NCBI RefSeq assembly: GCF_027286325.1
Contig: NZ_CP114588.1
Location: 1,481,317 to 1,513,316 of the forward strand
Direction of reading: 5' to 3'
From: Salinivibrio kushneri
GTDB taxonomy: Bacteria > Pseudomonadota > Gammaproteobacteria > Enterobacterales > Vibrionaceae
Length of the DNA: 32,000 bases
Shown here: piece by piece, positions 7,308 through 17,700 of the stretch
How the letters are laid out: every line of letters begins with the position of its first letter
How positions within the stretch are numbered: position 1 is the first letter of the stretch
The notes under the pieces: model-generated
What the model was told of the DNA's origin: nothing
Seen by the model: only the letters and a program-made list of their open reading frames with translations
Databases searched by the model: none
Position numbers and translations under genes: made by a program

Positions 7308-7805
7308 ATGGAAAAACACGAAGAAGTACTGGTTGCGCTGCGGCAAATCATCCGCGCAATAGACCTGCATTCACGAAAACTTAACAAAGTATCCGGGATC
7401 ACTGGCCCCCAACTTGTCCTAATGCGTGCGATTAAAGAGCTGGGCCAAGTGACCATTCGTAAGCTCTCGACCCATACCAACATGAGTCAGGCAACGGCAA
7501 CGACCATTCTTGATCGTCTTGAAAAGCGCGGATTAATTTTGCGTGTTCGCAGCGAGCTTGATAAACGTAAAGTGCATGCCCACTTGACCGAGCAAGGGGA
7601 AGCGGCGTTAGAACAAGCCCCCAAACCCCTACAAGAAAACTTTATTTCACGCTTCCAAAGTTTAGATGAGTGGGAGCAATCGTTATTGCTGTCATCGGTA
7701 CAACGTATCTCTTCGATGATGAACGCCGATGATATTGATGCAGCACCGATGTTAGAAGTGTCTGCCCTCACCTCACACAATTCGCAATTCCAAGCAAAAA
7801 AATAA
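7308..7805 (+). CDS. MarR family winged-helix transcriptional regulator
   Basis: I re-called the start to the ATG at 7308 (MEKHEEV...), with GGAGGTGA 5 nt upstream. The track start at 7278 is TTG. The protein has a typical MarR layout: LRQIIRAIDLHSRKL...GITGPQLVLMRAI...VTIRKLSTHTNMSQATATTILDRLEKRGLILRVRSELDKRKV (helix-turn-helix plus wing). It is divergent from the irpA operon. Confidence 0.85.
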   Translation: MEKHEEVLVALRQIIRAIDLHSRKLNKVSGITGPQLVLMRAIKELGQVTIRKLSTHTNMSQATATTILDRLEKRGLILRVRSELDKRKVHAHLTEQGEAALEQAPKPLQENFISRFQSLDEWEQSLLLSSVQRISSMMNADDIDAAPMLEVSALTSHNSQFQAKK

Positions 7806-8039
7806 GGGTCTCCGGCGGGTAAACAGGATGTCTCCACCGGTCCACCTGCCAACTATGGCGTAGTAAAATCAAGTGGCGTATTAAAAGCAAAGGACGTTCG
7901 CTTTTTGTCGCCATCAGCCATTCATTGGCTCTGCACGCGACACCCAGTCGCACCATTTATCGTGTATATCGTATAACGCTTTCCACTCATCCCTTATCAA
8001 TGCGCCATATTGCCCCGACTCCGTCACCAGACAATCAAC

Positions 8040-8062
8040 AAAAAAGACGGCTAATAGCCGCC
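8040..8062 (-). terminator. Probable rho-independent terminator of the aldo-keto reductase gene
   Basis: The minus strand reads GGCGGCT-ATT-AGCCGTC followed by TTTTTTG. This is a 7-bp stem (one G-U pair), 37 nt downstream of the stop at 8099. Confidence 0.5.
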
Positions 8063-8098
8063 TTATGGATTGAGAGTCAGTCGGTTACACGCTGTTAT

Positions 8099-9013
8099 TT
8101 AAGGTACATTGTGTCCTTTTGACGCCACCCATATCCGATACCATTGCTCACGCGTGAGTTCAAGGTCGTAAGCCGCTTTGGCGGCTTTGACACGTTCAAT
8201 ATTCCCCGAGCCAATAATCGGCAAAGGTTGAGACGGATGACGCATCACCCAGGCATAAATCACCTGATCGATCGTCGCGCCACCGAGCTCTTCGCCAATA
8301 GCATGCAAGGTATCACGTACCCGCACAGCCTGCTCAGACTCGCCGTTAAACATCTCACCGCCTGCAAGACAAGACCACGCCATCGGTTTAATACGCAACC
8401 GTTGCAACTGATCCAGGGTTCCATCATGGACCACATCAAACCGTAGCGGGTTGATTTCAACTTGGTTGGTGACCAAGGATTCGTCCCAACGAGACTGAAG
8501 CAGGTCGAACTGTGCAGGCGTAAAGTTAGACACGCCAAAGTGAGCCACCTTGCCATGATGACGCAACGTGGTGAATGCTTCAGCCACTTCATCCGCATCC
8601 ATCAACGCGTCAGGACGATGGATCAGTAACACATCCAGTTTTTCTACGCCCAAACGAGACAGTGAGTTATCTACCGACTCCAAAATATGCCGGTAACTGG
8701 TATCATAATGGTTAATTTTGCGGTTTGGAGCCGCCTCACTGACCAACTTGATATCGCACTTCGACACCACTTGGATATCGTCTCTCACGCTGGGGTCAAG
8801 CTTCAGCGCTTGGCCAAACAGTGTTTCACAGCGGTAATCACCATAAATATCCGCATGGTCGACCGTCGTCACCCCCAAATCGATATGCGCCTTAAGAAAA
8901 CTTAAGCGCTGCTGCGGTGTCATTTGCCAATCATCCAGTCGCCAGTAACCTTGCACCATGGGCGAGAAAAACGGACCGACCGGAGAAATAGATGTCGCTT
9001 TAAACTCTGACAA
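8099..9013 (-). CDS. ydhF: Aldo-keto reductase, YdhF-like oxidoreductase
   Basis: The ORF is 304 aa. The N-terminal region PVGPFFSPMVQGYWRLDDWQMTPQQRLSFLKAHIDLGVTTVDHADIYGDYRCETLFGQAL aligns closely with E. coli YdhF as I recall it (QGPEFSRFVMGYWRL...LDLGVTTVDHADIYGGYQCE). It has a TTG start with AAGGA 7 nt upstream. Confidence 0.8.
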   Translation of the reverse strand: MSEFKATSISPVGPFFSPMVQGYWRLDDWQMTPQQRLSFLKAHIDLGVTTVDHADIYGDYRCETLFGQALKLDPSVRDDIQVVSKCDIKLVSEAAPNRKINHYDTSYRHILESVDNSLSRLGVEKLDVLLIHRPDALMDADEVAEAFTTLRHHGKVAHFGVSNFTPAQFDLLQSRWDESLVTNQVEINPLRFDVVHDGTLDQLQRLRIKPMAWSCLAGGEMFNGESEQAVRVRDTLHAIGEELGGATIDQVIYAWVMRHPSQPLPIIGSGNIERVKAAKAAYDLELTREQWYRIWVASKGHNVP

Positions 9014-9248
9014 AACGGATCCTTTATGCCGAGAAGTGGAGTTATCATGCTAATCCTATCTCCCGCCACCCTCAATGCCTTATCGAGCATTTTGTTAGCC
9101 GAACAGTGCGTTGGTTTGTTTTCGCTCAAAAGACAACAATGCTTGGGTGTTAAACGCACGACAAGTGTTTAATTTATCACCAACACTTGGCGAATGCGGT
9201 GAACTTCGTTATCTTATGTCGCGCAAAAAAAGCGAAAAGGAAGCGAAA

Positions 9249-9746
9249 ATGCTTATTCGACGCATGGAATTGCGTGATTGTGACGCGATCAATACGATTT
9301 ATAATTATTACATTACACACACTGCCATTACGTTTGACTTGTGCCCATGGCAATTAGCTGAACGTGAACAATGGTTCGCTCAGTTTGATCCGTCCTCCTG
9401 CAATCAAGCCTGGGTGGCAGAGCAAGACCAACAGATCCTTGGCTTTGCTTACAATACGCCTTTCAATCCCAAGCAGGCTTTCCACATCGCCTCAGAAATC
9501 ACCATTTATGCGGCCCCCGATGCCGGTGGTCGTGGGGTTGGCTCGGCATTAATGCAAACCTTGCTAGACGGGATGCGCGACAAGGCCCTGCGCCGCGCCT
9601 ATTCTCTCGTCACGCTACCTAACCCAGCGTCATTGGCATTGCATCGTCGCTTTGGCTTCCAACAAGTTGGACAGCTAAATGATGTCGGTGAAAAGTTCGG
9701 CCAATACCACAGTGTGGCAATGCTAGAGTGCGACCTGACGGTTTGA
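9249..9746 (+). CDS. GNAT family N-acetyltransferase, phosphinothricin/methionine-sulfoximine acetyltransferase (PAT/MnaT)-like
   Basis: I re-called the start to the ATG at 9249 (MLIRRMELRDCDAINTIYNYYI...), with GGAAG 5 nt upstream, giving a family-typical length of 165 aa. The acetyl-CoA pocket motif is GGRGVGSALMQTLL and the C-terminal segment is LHRRFGFQQVGQLNDVGEKFGQYHSV. Confidence 0.8.
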   Translation: MLIRRMELRDCDAINTIYNYYITHTAITFDLCPWQLAEREQWFAQFDPSSCNQAWVAEQDQQILGFAYNTPFNPKQAFHIASEITIYAAPDAGGRGVGSALMQTLLDGMRDKALRRAYSLVTLPNPASLALHRRFGFQQVGQLNDVGEKFGQYHSVAMLECDLTV

Positions 9747-9846
9747 GCATGTTATTTCCCTATCGAATAAGCCCCCACCTCCACTTTACGCCAGTAAGGT
9801 GCCTTGATTTGATGCCGTCATAACGACGTTTCAGGAGTTTAGTAGT

Positions 9847-12162
9847 ATGAAAGTTCGCACCAAGGTTTCTGCGGCGATCATCTCCGCCTGTGTTATTTGT
9901 ATTGTCGCCACCGCCGCGGTGTTGGCAAACCGAACCACCACACTGTTTGGCGATGAAATGCGAGAGCAGGCGATTAGCCAGCTTAAGGCCGTACGCGAAG
10001 CCAAGCATTCTGAATTAACCAGTTATTTTTCATTTATCGGCCAACAATTAACCTCAATGGCTGACTCTACCATGACCGAAAACGCGGTAACGTCTTTTAG
10101 CCAAGCTTATCGACGCTACAGCCGTGAGGTCCGTACTGATAGGGCGGCTCGGCGTGCACTGCAAGACTACTACACCGACACCTTCGGTGATGTTTACCAA
10201 GCGCGCAACGATACCAACGCCAATGCACGCTCCAACCTCGCGGCGCTAGCCCCTGCCACGCGGACACTGCAGCAATTTTATATCAGCGGCAGCCCCCACC
10301 CTTTGGGCGAGAAAGACAAGTTGGTGACCACCAACGATGGCTCCACGTATGACAAGGTACACACTCAATATCACCCCAACTATCACCGTTTTGCCGACAC
10401 CTTTGGCTATCAAGATATTTTGCTAGCGGATGCCAATGGCCGTATTGTCTATTCAGTGGCAAAAGAAATTGACTTTGGCACCAGCTTATTTGCGGGTCCC
10501 TATGCCACTAGCGGCATGGGCGATGCCTTCTTAGAAGCCATTGATGCGCAAGCCGGTGACATCAGCTTTGTTGATTACCGCCCTTACTTTCCCAGCTACG
10601 ATGAGCCAGCCTCATTTATCGCCACCCCTATCGTAAAAAACGGTGAAACACAGGGTGTACTCATCTTTAAATTGCCGATTCAGCGTCTAAGCGGCGTGAT
10701 CAGCGGTCAAGGCCAATGGCAGTCAGCAGGCTTTGGACAAAGCGGCGAAATGTTTATGGTGGGGCCCGATAAAGTCTTGCGCACCGAGGCACGCGCGTTA
10801 CAGGAAGACAAATCAGCGTATTTAAACTTGCTACGCACCAACGGTGTCAAACCCGACTTAATTCGCCGCATTGATTTCACCGATACCGCAGCAGGGCAAA
10901 TGCCCATGGCGTCCCAAAGCATTGCGCAAGCGCTAGCGGGTGAAACGGGCACCGGCGAAGAACGAAGCTATCGCAACCAAACCGTCTATACCGCTTACTC
11001 ACCGATTGACGTGTTTGGCACGCGCTGGGCGCTGGTCAACCAAATCAGTCAACAGGAAGCCCTATCACAAGTGGCGACCATGCAAGCGACCATCCTCAAA
11101 GCGACGGTGATTACCTCTTTGGTGTTAGTGGTTGTCGCGATTGTGATTGCCTATATCCTCGGCGGCAATATTGCTAAACCGATGATAGCGGTCACTACAC
11201 GCATCAAAACCATTGCAGAAGACAAAGATTTAACCCAGCGCTTACCTGATAGCGGTAAAGACGAAATGGCGCTGCTCGGTCGCTCGCTCAATGACATGTT
11301 CGCCAGTTTCCAACAAGTGATCCAAGAAGCGCACCAAGCATCCGGCCTACTCGGCCAAGCCTCCAATGACATCAATCAAGACGTGGTTACCATGCGTGAT
11401 AGGGTTGCCGACCAGGTCAAGCATACCCATCAAGTGGCTTCGGCAGCGACGGAAATGGCCACCTCCGTCACTGATGTTGCCCAATATGCAGACCAAGCCT
11501 CCAACGCATCTGATGACATCACCCAAGCCGTCAACACTGGCTCACAAATCGGGGACGATCTGGTTGCGCAAATCCGCACATTGTCATCGAGCATGGACGC
11601 TGCGACGGCGACCATGGGGCGTTTATCGCAACAGAGCGAAGAAATCGGTACCGTACTGGATGTGATTCAAGCCATTGCCGAGCAAACCAACTTGTTGGCA
11701 CTGAATGCGGCGATTGAAGCGGCGCGCGCGGGCGAGCAAGGCCGAGGGTTCAGCGTCGTCGCCGAAGAAGTGCGTACCCTGGCTTCTCGTACCCAGGACT
11801 CTACGGAGAGTATTCGCGACAAAATTGCCGCATTGCGCCAAGAAACGCAGTCAGCGGTGGCTGATATGGATACCACCAGCCAAACTGTCGAGGCCTGTGT
11901 GGATTATTGCCAACAAAATAACGCTGCACTGGTTGATATTGCCAACATGGTTACCGAAATTAATCAGATGACCTCACACATCGCCAATGCGACACAGCAG
12001 CAAACGCAGGTGACAACAGAAATCAGCGAAAGCATCACAGACATTGCGCAATCAGCTGAGACCGTTTCACAGCGTACGCATGACACTGCAGAAACCGTCA
12101 TAGGCTTAAGCCAGCGATCATCGCGCCTCGCTGACACTATCGGCCATTTTAAAACCGAGTAA
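9847..12162 (+). CDS. Methyl-accepting chemotaxis protein with a ~390-aa periplasmic double-Cache-like sensor, a HAMP domain and a signalling domain
   Basis: The ORF is 771 aa with AGGAG 9 nt upstream. TM1 spans aa 7-27 and TM2 spans aa 418-440. The HAMP segment is KPMIAV...[14 protein letters not shown]. The highly conserved hairpin tip is [35 protein letters not shown]. The protein ends in HFKTE, with no NWETF-type pentapeptide. Confidence 0.92.
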   Translation: MKVRTKVSAAIISACVICIVATAAVLANRTTTLFGDEMREQAISQLKAVREAKHSELTSYFSFIGQQLTSMADSTMTENAVTSFSQAYRRYSREVRTDRAARRALQDYYTDTFGDVYQARNDTNANARSNLAALAPATRTLQQFYISGSPHPLGEKDKLVTTNDGSTYDKVHTQYHPNYHRFADTFGYQDILLADANGRIVYSVAKEIDFGTSLFAGPYATSGMGDAFLEAIDAQAGDISFVDYRPYFPSYDEPASFIATPIVKNGETQGVLIFKLPIQRLSGVISGQGQWQSAGFGQSGEMFMVGPDKVLRTEARALQEDKSAYLNLLRTNGVKPDLIRRIDFTDTAAGQMPMASQSIAQALAGETGTGEERSYRNQTVYTAYSPIDVFGTRWALVNQISQQEALSQVATMQATILKATVITSLVLVVVAIVIAYILGGNIAKPMIAVTTRIKTIAEDKDLTQRLPDSGKDEMALLGRSLNDMFASFQQVIQEAHQASGLLGQASNDINQDVVTMRDRVADQVKHTHQVASAATEMATSVTDVAQYADQASNASDDITQAVNTGSQIGDDLVAQIRTLSSSMDAATATMGRLSQQSEEIGTVLDVIQAIAEQTNLLALNAAIEAARAGEQGRGFSVVAEEVRTLASRTQDSTESIRDKIAALRQETQSAVADMDTTSQTVEACVDYCQQNNAALVDIANMVTEINQMTSHIANATQQQTQVTTEISESITDIAQSAETVSQRTHDTAETVIGLSQRSSRLADTIGHFKTE

Positions 12163-12176
12163 ATACTCACCCCAAT

Positions 12177-12212
12177 CAGGGAGGTCATCAGACCTCCCTG
12201 CTTTTCTCTTTT
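12177..12212 (+). terminator. Rho-independent terminator of the first MCP gene
   Basis: The sequence is CAGGGAGGTC-ATCA-GACCTCCCTG followed by CTTTTCTCTTTT. This is a perfect 10-bp stem, 15 nt after the stop. Confidence 0.8.
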
Positions 12213-12345
12213 GTCTAGAAAGCGCCCATTACGACTGGTTAGCTAGACACGCGCACACTATTTGTTCAAATTTTACGTCTTTTTCTACGCACTTTTTACC
12301 TGCCATGACTAGATTCAAAAACGTGAGGTAGGAAGGAGTGTCACG

Positions 12346-14661
12346 ATGAGAATCAGCAATAAGATCACGCTCGCAATCGTTGCGGCATCATTAACCTGTG
12401 TTTTAACGATTGCGGCTGTCTTAGCCTTTAGGAGCATCGGCTTATCGTCACAAGCACTTGATAAGAAAGTAAAATCGCAACTAACGGCAGTGAAAGCGTC
12501 GAAAAAGTCGGAAATAAGTAATTACTTCAAGTTCATTGGTGATCAAATTAATACGCTGTCGGACTCCACCATGACAGAAGATGCATTGGCACAACTGGCA
12601 CAAGCATTTAAAAGCATCGCCACAGACAGCGCCACCTTCCCCGACCAAGAAAGCCAACTGGCAAGCTATTATCGCAATCAGTTTGCCGCGACCTACCAAG
12701 AGATAAACGATAAACGTACCGACGTAATGGGTAGGTATAATCAGTTACCTGATGTCGCGAAACGGTTGCAACACGCGTATATCAGCGACAACCCCCATCC
12801 ATTAGGAAGTAAAGATGCCATGGCAAAAGCCAACGACGGCAGTGTCTACAGTGAGATCCACAGCGTCTTTCATCCCAACTTTCAGCATTACTTAAAAACC
12901 TTCGGCTACTACGACATTTTCCTAGTCGATAATCAGGGCAATATTGTCTACAGCGTTTACAAAGAGCTGGATTACGCGACCAACCTATTAACCGGCCCGT
13001 ATTCAACCAGTGGCTTGGCTGATGCCTATAAAGCAGTGCGCAAAGCGCCTCAGGGTGAGCTGGGCTTTATAGACTTTCGCCCTTACTATCCCTCCTACGA
13101 TAGTCCGGCTTCATTTATCTCGAGTCCAGTTTATAAAAATGGTCAGCAGATTGGGGCGTTGATATTTCAAATGCCGATCGATCGTATTAGTGAGCTCATT
13201 AGCAATAATGGTCAATGGGCTGAATCAGGGATGGGCAAAAGCGGCGAGATCTTATTGGTTGGCCCCGATAACCTATTACGTACACAACCACGTCTTTTAA
13301 GTAACGATAAAGACGCCTACCTCAGTGCACTAGAAAGCCAAGGGCTCAATGCCGATACCATTCACCGCATTGATTATCAAAACTCCGCTGCGGGTAACCA
13401 ACCCCTCGATAACCCTGCGGTAAAAAGGGCGCTACGGGGAGAGCAAGGGTTTATCACGCAAACGAGCTATCGTAATACTGAGGTGCTTGTTTCTTATTCA
13501 CCCATTGACGTCTACGGGGTGACATGGGCGGTGATCAGTCAACAAGACACCGATGAAGCCTTTACAGCCATTACCAAATTACGCACTGATATCGGCGTAG
13601 TAACCGCGTTCACGGCAGTGCTGCTCGGCAGTCTCGCCGCACTAGCGGCATATTGGTTGGGTAAAAGCATTGGGGCGCCTATCTTGAAACTCGCCACCAG
13701 CATCAAACAGGTGGCAGACAGTAAAGATTTGACGATCACGTTGCACCATACCAGTAAAGATGAGCTCTCTACGTTGGCTGGCAGCCTCAATGAAATGTTC
13801 CAAAGCTTCCGAGACGTGATTCAAAAAACACACGGCGCGTCAAAAACCTTGTTGTCATCAGCCAACGATATCAGTGATGACGTAGTCGCTGTGCGCGGGC
13901 AAGTGGACGAGCAAGCCAAAAGCTCGAACCAGGTCGCTACCGCTGCCACACAGATGGCCGCCTCCATCAGCGAAGTATCAGAACATGCGAGCAATGCGTC
14001 TGAAGCGTCTGACAACATTACCCAAACCGCCAATGAAGGCAGCCAAAAAGGCGAAGCCTTGGTCAGCCAAATGCAAACACTCAAAGATCATATGGATAAA
14101 GCTACCCGCTCGATGGAGAAGCTATCACACGAGAGTGAGTCCATTGGGTCGGTGTTGGATGTGATCCAAGAAATTGCCGAGCAAACCAATTTGTTGGCGC
14201 TCAATGCGGCGATTGAAGCGGCCCGTGCTGGTGAACAAGGACGCGGATTTGCGGTGGTCGCTGACGAAGTACGCTCTCTCGCCACGCGAACCCAGTCGTC
14301 CACTGAAGAAATTCGCGCCAAGGTCGACGCCTTACAGCAAGAAACGCGTGGTGCCGCCGATGGGATGACCCAAGCTAATGACGCGGTGACCCGAAGTGTT
14401 GAGCATTGCCACGAAAACAACGATAAGCTGGGTCAAATCAAAACCATGATTGAGCAAATCAACGAGATGAACATGCAGATTGCCACCGCGGCCAACCAGC
14501 AAACGCAGGTGACCGATGAAATCAGCCAAAATGTCAACGCAATGGCGCAATCGGCTGACCATGTTTCAGAGCGCACGCGCAACACTGAGCAAACCGTCAA
14601 TCACTTACGTGAGCATGCCAGTACTTTGGAAGCGCGGATCAGTCACTTTAAAACCGACTAA
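12346..14661 (+). CDS. Methyl-accepting chemotaxis protein, tandem paralogue of the upstream MCP
   Basis: The ORF is 771 aa, identical in length to its neighbour, with GGAAGGAG upstream. It has the same architecture and the hairpin tip [35 protein letters not shown]. It ends in HFKTD and has its own promoter region (12213-12345). Confidence 0.92.
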   Translation: MRISNKITLAIVAASLTCVLTIAAVLAFRSIGLSSQALDKKVKSQLTAVKASKKSEISNYFKFIGDQINTLSDSTMTEDALAQLAQAFKSIATDSATFPDQESQLASYYRNQFAATYQEINDKRTDVMGRYNQLPDVAKRLQHAYISDNPHPLGSKDAMAKANDGSVYSEIHSVFHPNFQHYLKTFGYYDIFLVDNQGNIVYSVYKELDYATNLLTGPYSTSGLADAYKAVRKAPQGELGFIDFRPYYPSYDSPASFISSPVYKNGQQIGALIFQMPIDRISELISNNGQWAESGMGKSGEILLVGPDNLLRTQPRLLSNDKDAYLSALESQGLNADTIHRIDYQNSAAGNQPLDNPAVKRALRGEQGFITQTSYRNTEVLVSYSPIDVYGVTWAVISQQDTDEAFTAITKLRTDIGVVTAFTAVLLGSLAALAAYWLGKSIGAPILKLATSIKQVADSKDLTITLHHTSKDELSTLAGSLNEMFQSFRDVIQKTHGASKTLLSSANDISDDVVAVRGQVDEQAKSSNQVATAATQMAASISEVSEHASNASEASDNITQTANEGSQKGEALVSQMQTLKDHMDKATRSMEKLSHESESIGSVLDVIQEIAEQTNLLALNAAIEAARAGEQGRGFAVVADEVRSLATRTQSSTEEIRAKVDALQQETRGAADGMTQANDAVTRSVEHCHENNDKLGQIKTMIEQINEMNMQIATAANQQTQVTDEISQNVNAMAQSADHVSERTRNTEQTVNHLREHASTLEARISHFKTD

Positions 14662-14666
14662 AACAC

Positions 14667-14701
14667 AAAAGGGGTCAGCCCAAAGCTGACCCCTTTATTT
14701 T
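14667..14701. terminator. Bidirectional rho-independent terminator shared by MCP-2 (+) and mukB (-)
   Basis: The sequence is AAAA-GGGGTCAGC-CCAAA-GCTGACCCC-TTTATTTT. The 9-bp GC-rich stem is flanked by A-runs and T-runs on both sides and lies between the convergent stops at 14661 and 14717. Confidence 0.8.
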
Positions 14702-14716
14702 CCTTGTCTCGCTCGA

Positions 14717-17700
14717 TTAGCCCACAATAGGTTCAGCATCGAGCTCCCGACGCTTCTCTTCACCAAACCCGCGCAAGCCCACAACATGGACGTGCTCACG
14801 ATCATTGAAGATTTTACGCACGAGTTTATACGTCGTCCCTTGCTCTGGGCTGATGTTTTCAGGTGCGGCAATCAACAGCTGCATATCTAAACGATGACAC
14901 AACTCAAACAAGGTTGAGATCGATTTAGCATCCAAGCGCGCTGCCTCATCGAGGAAAAGTAAGCGACATGGGATCACATCTTTGCCACGCAGTCGGCGTG
15001 ACTCTTCTTCCCAGCTTTGGATCACCATCAGCAAGATTGCTTGGCCGGTACCAATCGCTTCACCGGTCGACAAAGCGCCAGACTCTGCTTTCAGCCAACC
15101 ATCCGTCCCTCGGTTGACTTCAATGCCCAAGTCCAGATAGTTACGATAGTCCAACAGCTCTTCACCCAAAGTCTGTGGCGCACGTTGCCCCATTTCAATG
15201 TGCGGGTTCAAACGTTGGAACAACTTCGCCATGGCTTCCGAGAAGGTAAGGTTTGGATTGCCGAACAAATCTTGGTGCTGATCAGCATGTTCAGCCAAGC
15301 CCATCAGCAACTGTGCATGGGTTTCACGAATAGACACATTCAGGCGCACGCCTTGCACTTGACCAAAGCCAACGTTCTGTAGTCCTTGGTTGAGCATACG
15401 GATCCGGTTTTGCTCGCGCTGAATGGTCTTACGAATAATGTTGGCTACCGACTCGGAGCTGATCGCCAGACGTTGTTCACGCTGCGTGAGCTCTTCAGTA
15501 AGACGGGCCAGCTCGACTTCCATTTCCTCAATCGCTTCAACCGGATCATCCGTGCGAATAATGTCGTGACGGATACGCTCGCGCAGATGCTGATACACAG
15601 CCACATAGAACAAGACTTTACGCTCAGGCCGCCCGACATCCTCCGACGCACGCAAGGCATCGCGCAAGGTTTCGTTGTCGGCAACCGCAAGGCGCAATGC
15701 CCCCAAGGACTTATCCGACAAAGAGCGGAGCTCGTCAGCTGACATGTATGCCATTTCTCGACGATGCAGTTGTTTTTCTACCCCATTGTCGCGCGCGATG
15801 CGCAGGACGCTGCACCAGCCCGCTTTGGCGTTGACCACAAACTGCCGAAGCGCTTGGTACTGCTTGAGCAGTTTACGCAATTCCTTGGTGATCGACTTGG
15901 TTTCCATGTCCAGTGACGTAATGCCACGCGAAAGTTCACTGTGACGCTGCCGGGCCTGATGCATTTGCTCGTACAAGGCATCACGACGACTTTGCGCACG
16001 CATTAAGGCATCTTCATCCGCTTGCACACCCAACTCACTGAGCTCTCGCGTAAACTCATTCAGCGTCTCTTGCTTAGACTGATGGGCACTTTTGAGAGAG
16101 GCAAGCACCTGGTGATATTGACTCGTCTGCGACTGAATTTGCTTGAGCGATTCACGTTCACGTTGGCGCACCTGTTCAGCGTCTTTGAGTTTGGCTTTTA
16201 GCTGTTCATTAAGCTCACTGCTTTGCGTCAGCATTTCAGACGCATCTTGATAAGCAAAGTGCGGACGACGCTCCGCTAAATCAGCGACTGCAAACACTTG
16301 CTGCTTGATCGCTTGTAAGGTGTTATCCGCTTCTTGGTAGGCCTGCTCTAGTTTATCAAATTGCTCAGGGTCGCTGTCGAGCGTTGCGAGGCTTGTTTCC
16401 AGTGCCGCCAAGGTTTCACCATGTTGCTGGATAAAGCCTTGTGCCTCTTTCGCCGCCTCTACGCGCTCAGTAGCCATTTGCAAGCGCGCCTCAAGGTTAT
16501 CCTCTGTAAGCGCCTCGGCACAGTAGCGAAGCTTATCGAGGATTTGCAGCGCTTGCTGACACCGCGTCACCTCCGCATCGTGTTGTGCCAATGCCTGTTT
16601 GGCATCGGTTATCGCACGCTGCGTCTGCGCTCGTTTCTCGCGGCAAGCGGCTATCGCCTGCTCAGGGTCGGGCTCAAACGCCACCGTGAGGTGCTCGGCA
16701 ATAAACTGACTAAAGGCTTGAGACAAGCGTTGCCATTTTTGTACATCAAAAGAAGCTTTGGCGTGATCTTCGACCAAGGCCTCCCGCTGTTCACGTAGCT
16801 GCTCAAGACGGTGTTCTCGGGCAGCACGACCAAACAGTGGCGTGGCCGGGAAACGCGAATAGCGCATTTGCCGATCATTGAGGTGTACACACACGGCACC
16901 CGACAGCTCTTGCGCATCAAACACGCTATCATCAAACGCGTCTGCGTCACCCTCAATGATGTATAAGTCATCAGGACAAGCGTCTAAATCAGTGAGTTTG
17001 TCTTTAACGCCTTTGAGATCGGGCACCACAATAGCATGCCGCGCCGGGCCATACAGTGCGCTGAAGTAAGGAGCGTCATCTAAGGTGATATCATCATAAA
17101 TTTCAGAGAGTAAGGTACCACCAAGGGTGTCGGCGAGGCCTTGCAATTGCGCATCGTCGCTGCCACCTGGCTGCGCTAGTTGCTCAATCGCTTGTTCAAT
17201 ATCTGCTTTTTGTTTACCCAGCTGATCTTGGTGCTGCGTACGCGTGCGTACCGCCTCATGCGTCTCATGCATCGCTGCCATGACCGCTTGGCTATCCACC
17301 AAGCTTTTTTCAGTTTGGCTTTCCAGTTTGGTCAAGGCGTCATTGGCCGCAAACCAAGTCGGTGCTTTGAGCTCAAGATCTTGAATTTGTGCGTCAACCG
17401 CTTCCTGGGTCCGAGCGAGCTCACGCAGTTGCTCGGCTTGGGTGTCTTTTTCCTCTTGTAGCGCGTCGCGGCGTGCTTGCTGCATCGCCGCGGCTTGCTC
17501 GACCGCATCACTGTCAGCCAGCGGCTCGCCTGTTAACGTCTGATACTCCGACACTAACTGACTCGCGTGCTGATACTGCTCAGCCCGTTGGCTCAATTCA
17601 CGCTGCTCATACTGGCGCTGCGTCAGGCTATCGGCCAGATAACGACGCTCTCTACCCTGCTCGATCCAACGCTTTGCTTCTGTTCCCGCTTCTGCGCGGG

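Noticed and set aside
6976-7483. Small ORFs (66-106 aa) lie on the minus strand across the AT-rich irpA/marR spacer and the marR 5' end.
   Set aside because: Their composition is AT-rich and low-complexity. They overlap marR antisense and have no SD or motifs. The region is better explained as regulatory DNA.
7768-8122. ORFs of 62 aa (minus strand, 7768-7956) and 65 aa (plus strand, 7925-8122) lie in the marR/ydhF convergent spacer.
   Set aside because: They have no SD. They overlap neighbouring genes or the terminator. Their composition is not protein-like and I recognise no motif.
9139-9180. A short inverted repeat, TTAAAC-N11-GTTTAA, lies in the ydhF/GNAT divergent spacer.
   Set aside because: It has only 6-bp AT-rich arms, which are expected by chance in a 235-bp spacer. 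It is not enough to call an operator.
9111-9248. The ORF track gives the GNAT ORF a 46-codon N-terminal extension.
   Set aside because: It has no SD and no homology expected for PAT-type enzymes of about 165-180 aa. The internal ATG at 9249 has GGAAG at the proper spacing.
9795-9821. There is a possible sigma-28 (FliA) promoter, TAAGGTGC-N11-GCCGTCAT, upstream of the first MCP gene.
   Set aside because: It matches only 5/8 plus 5/8 of TAAAGTTT-N11-GCCGATAA, and such scores arise by chance. There is no comparable element upstream of MCP-2. It is worth a transcription-start-site check but is not supportable as a feature.
11671-11790. A nucleotide-level similarity block is shared with 14171-14290, seen as a possible repeat or mobile sequence.
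   Set aside because: It is simply the conserved MCP hairpin-tip coding region of the two paralogues. It is about 80% identical, and the differences are mostly synonymous. It is not an independent repeat element.
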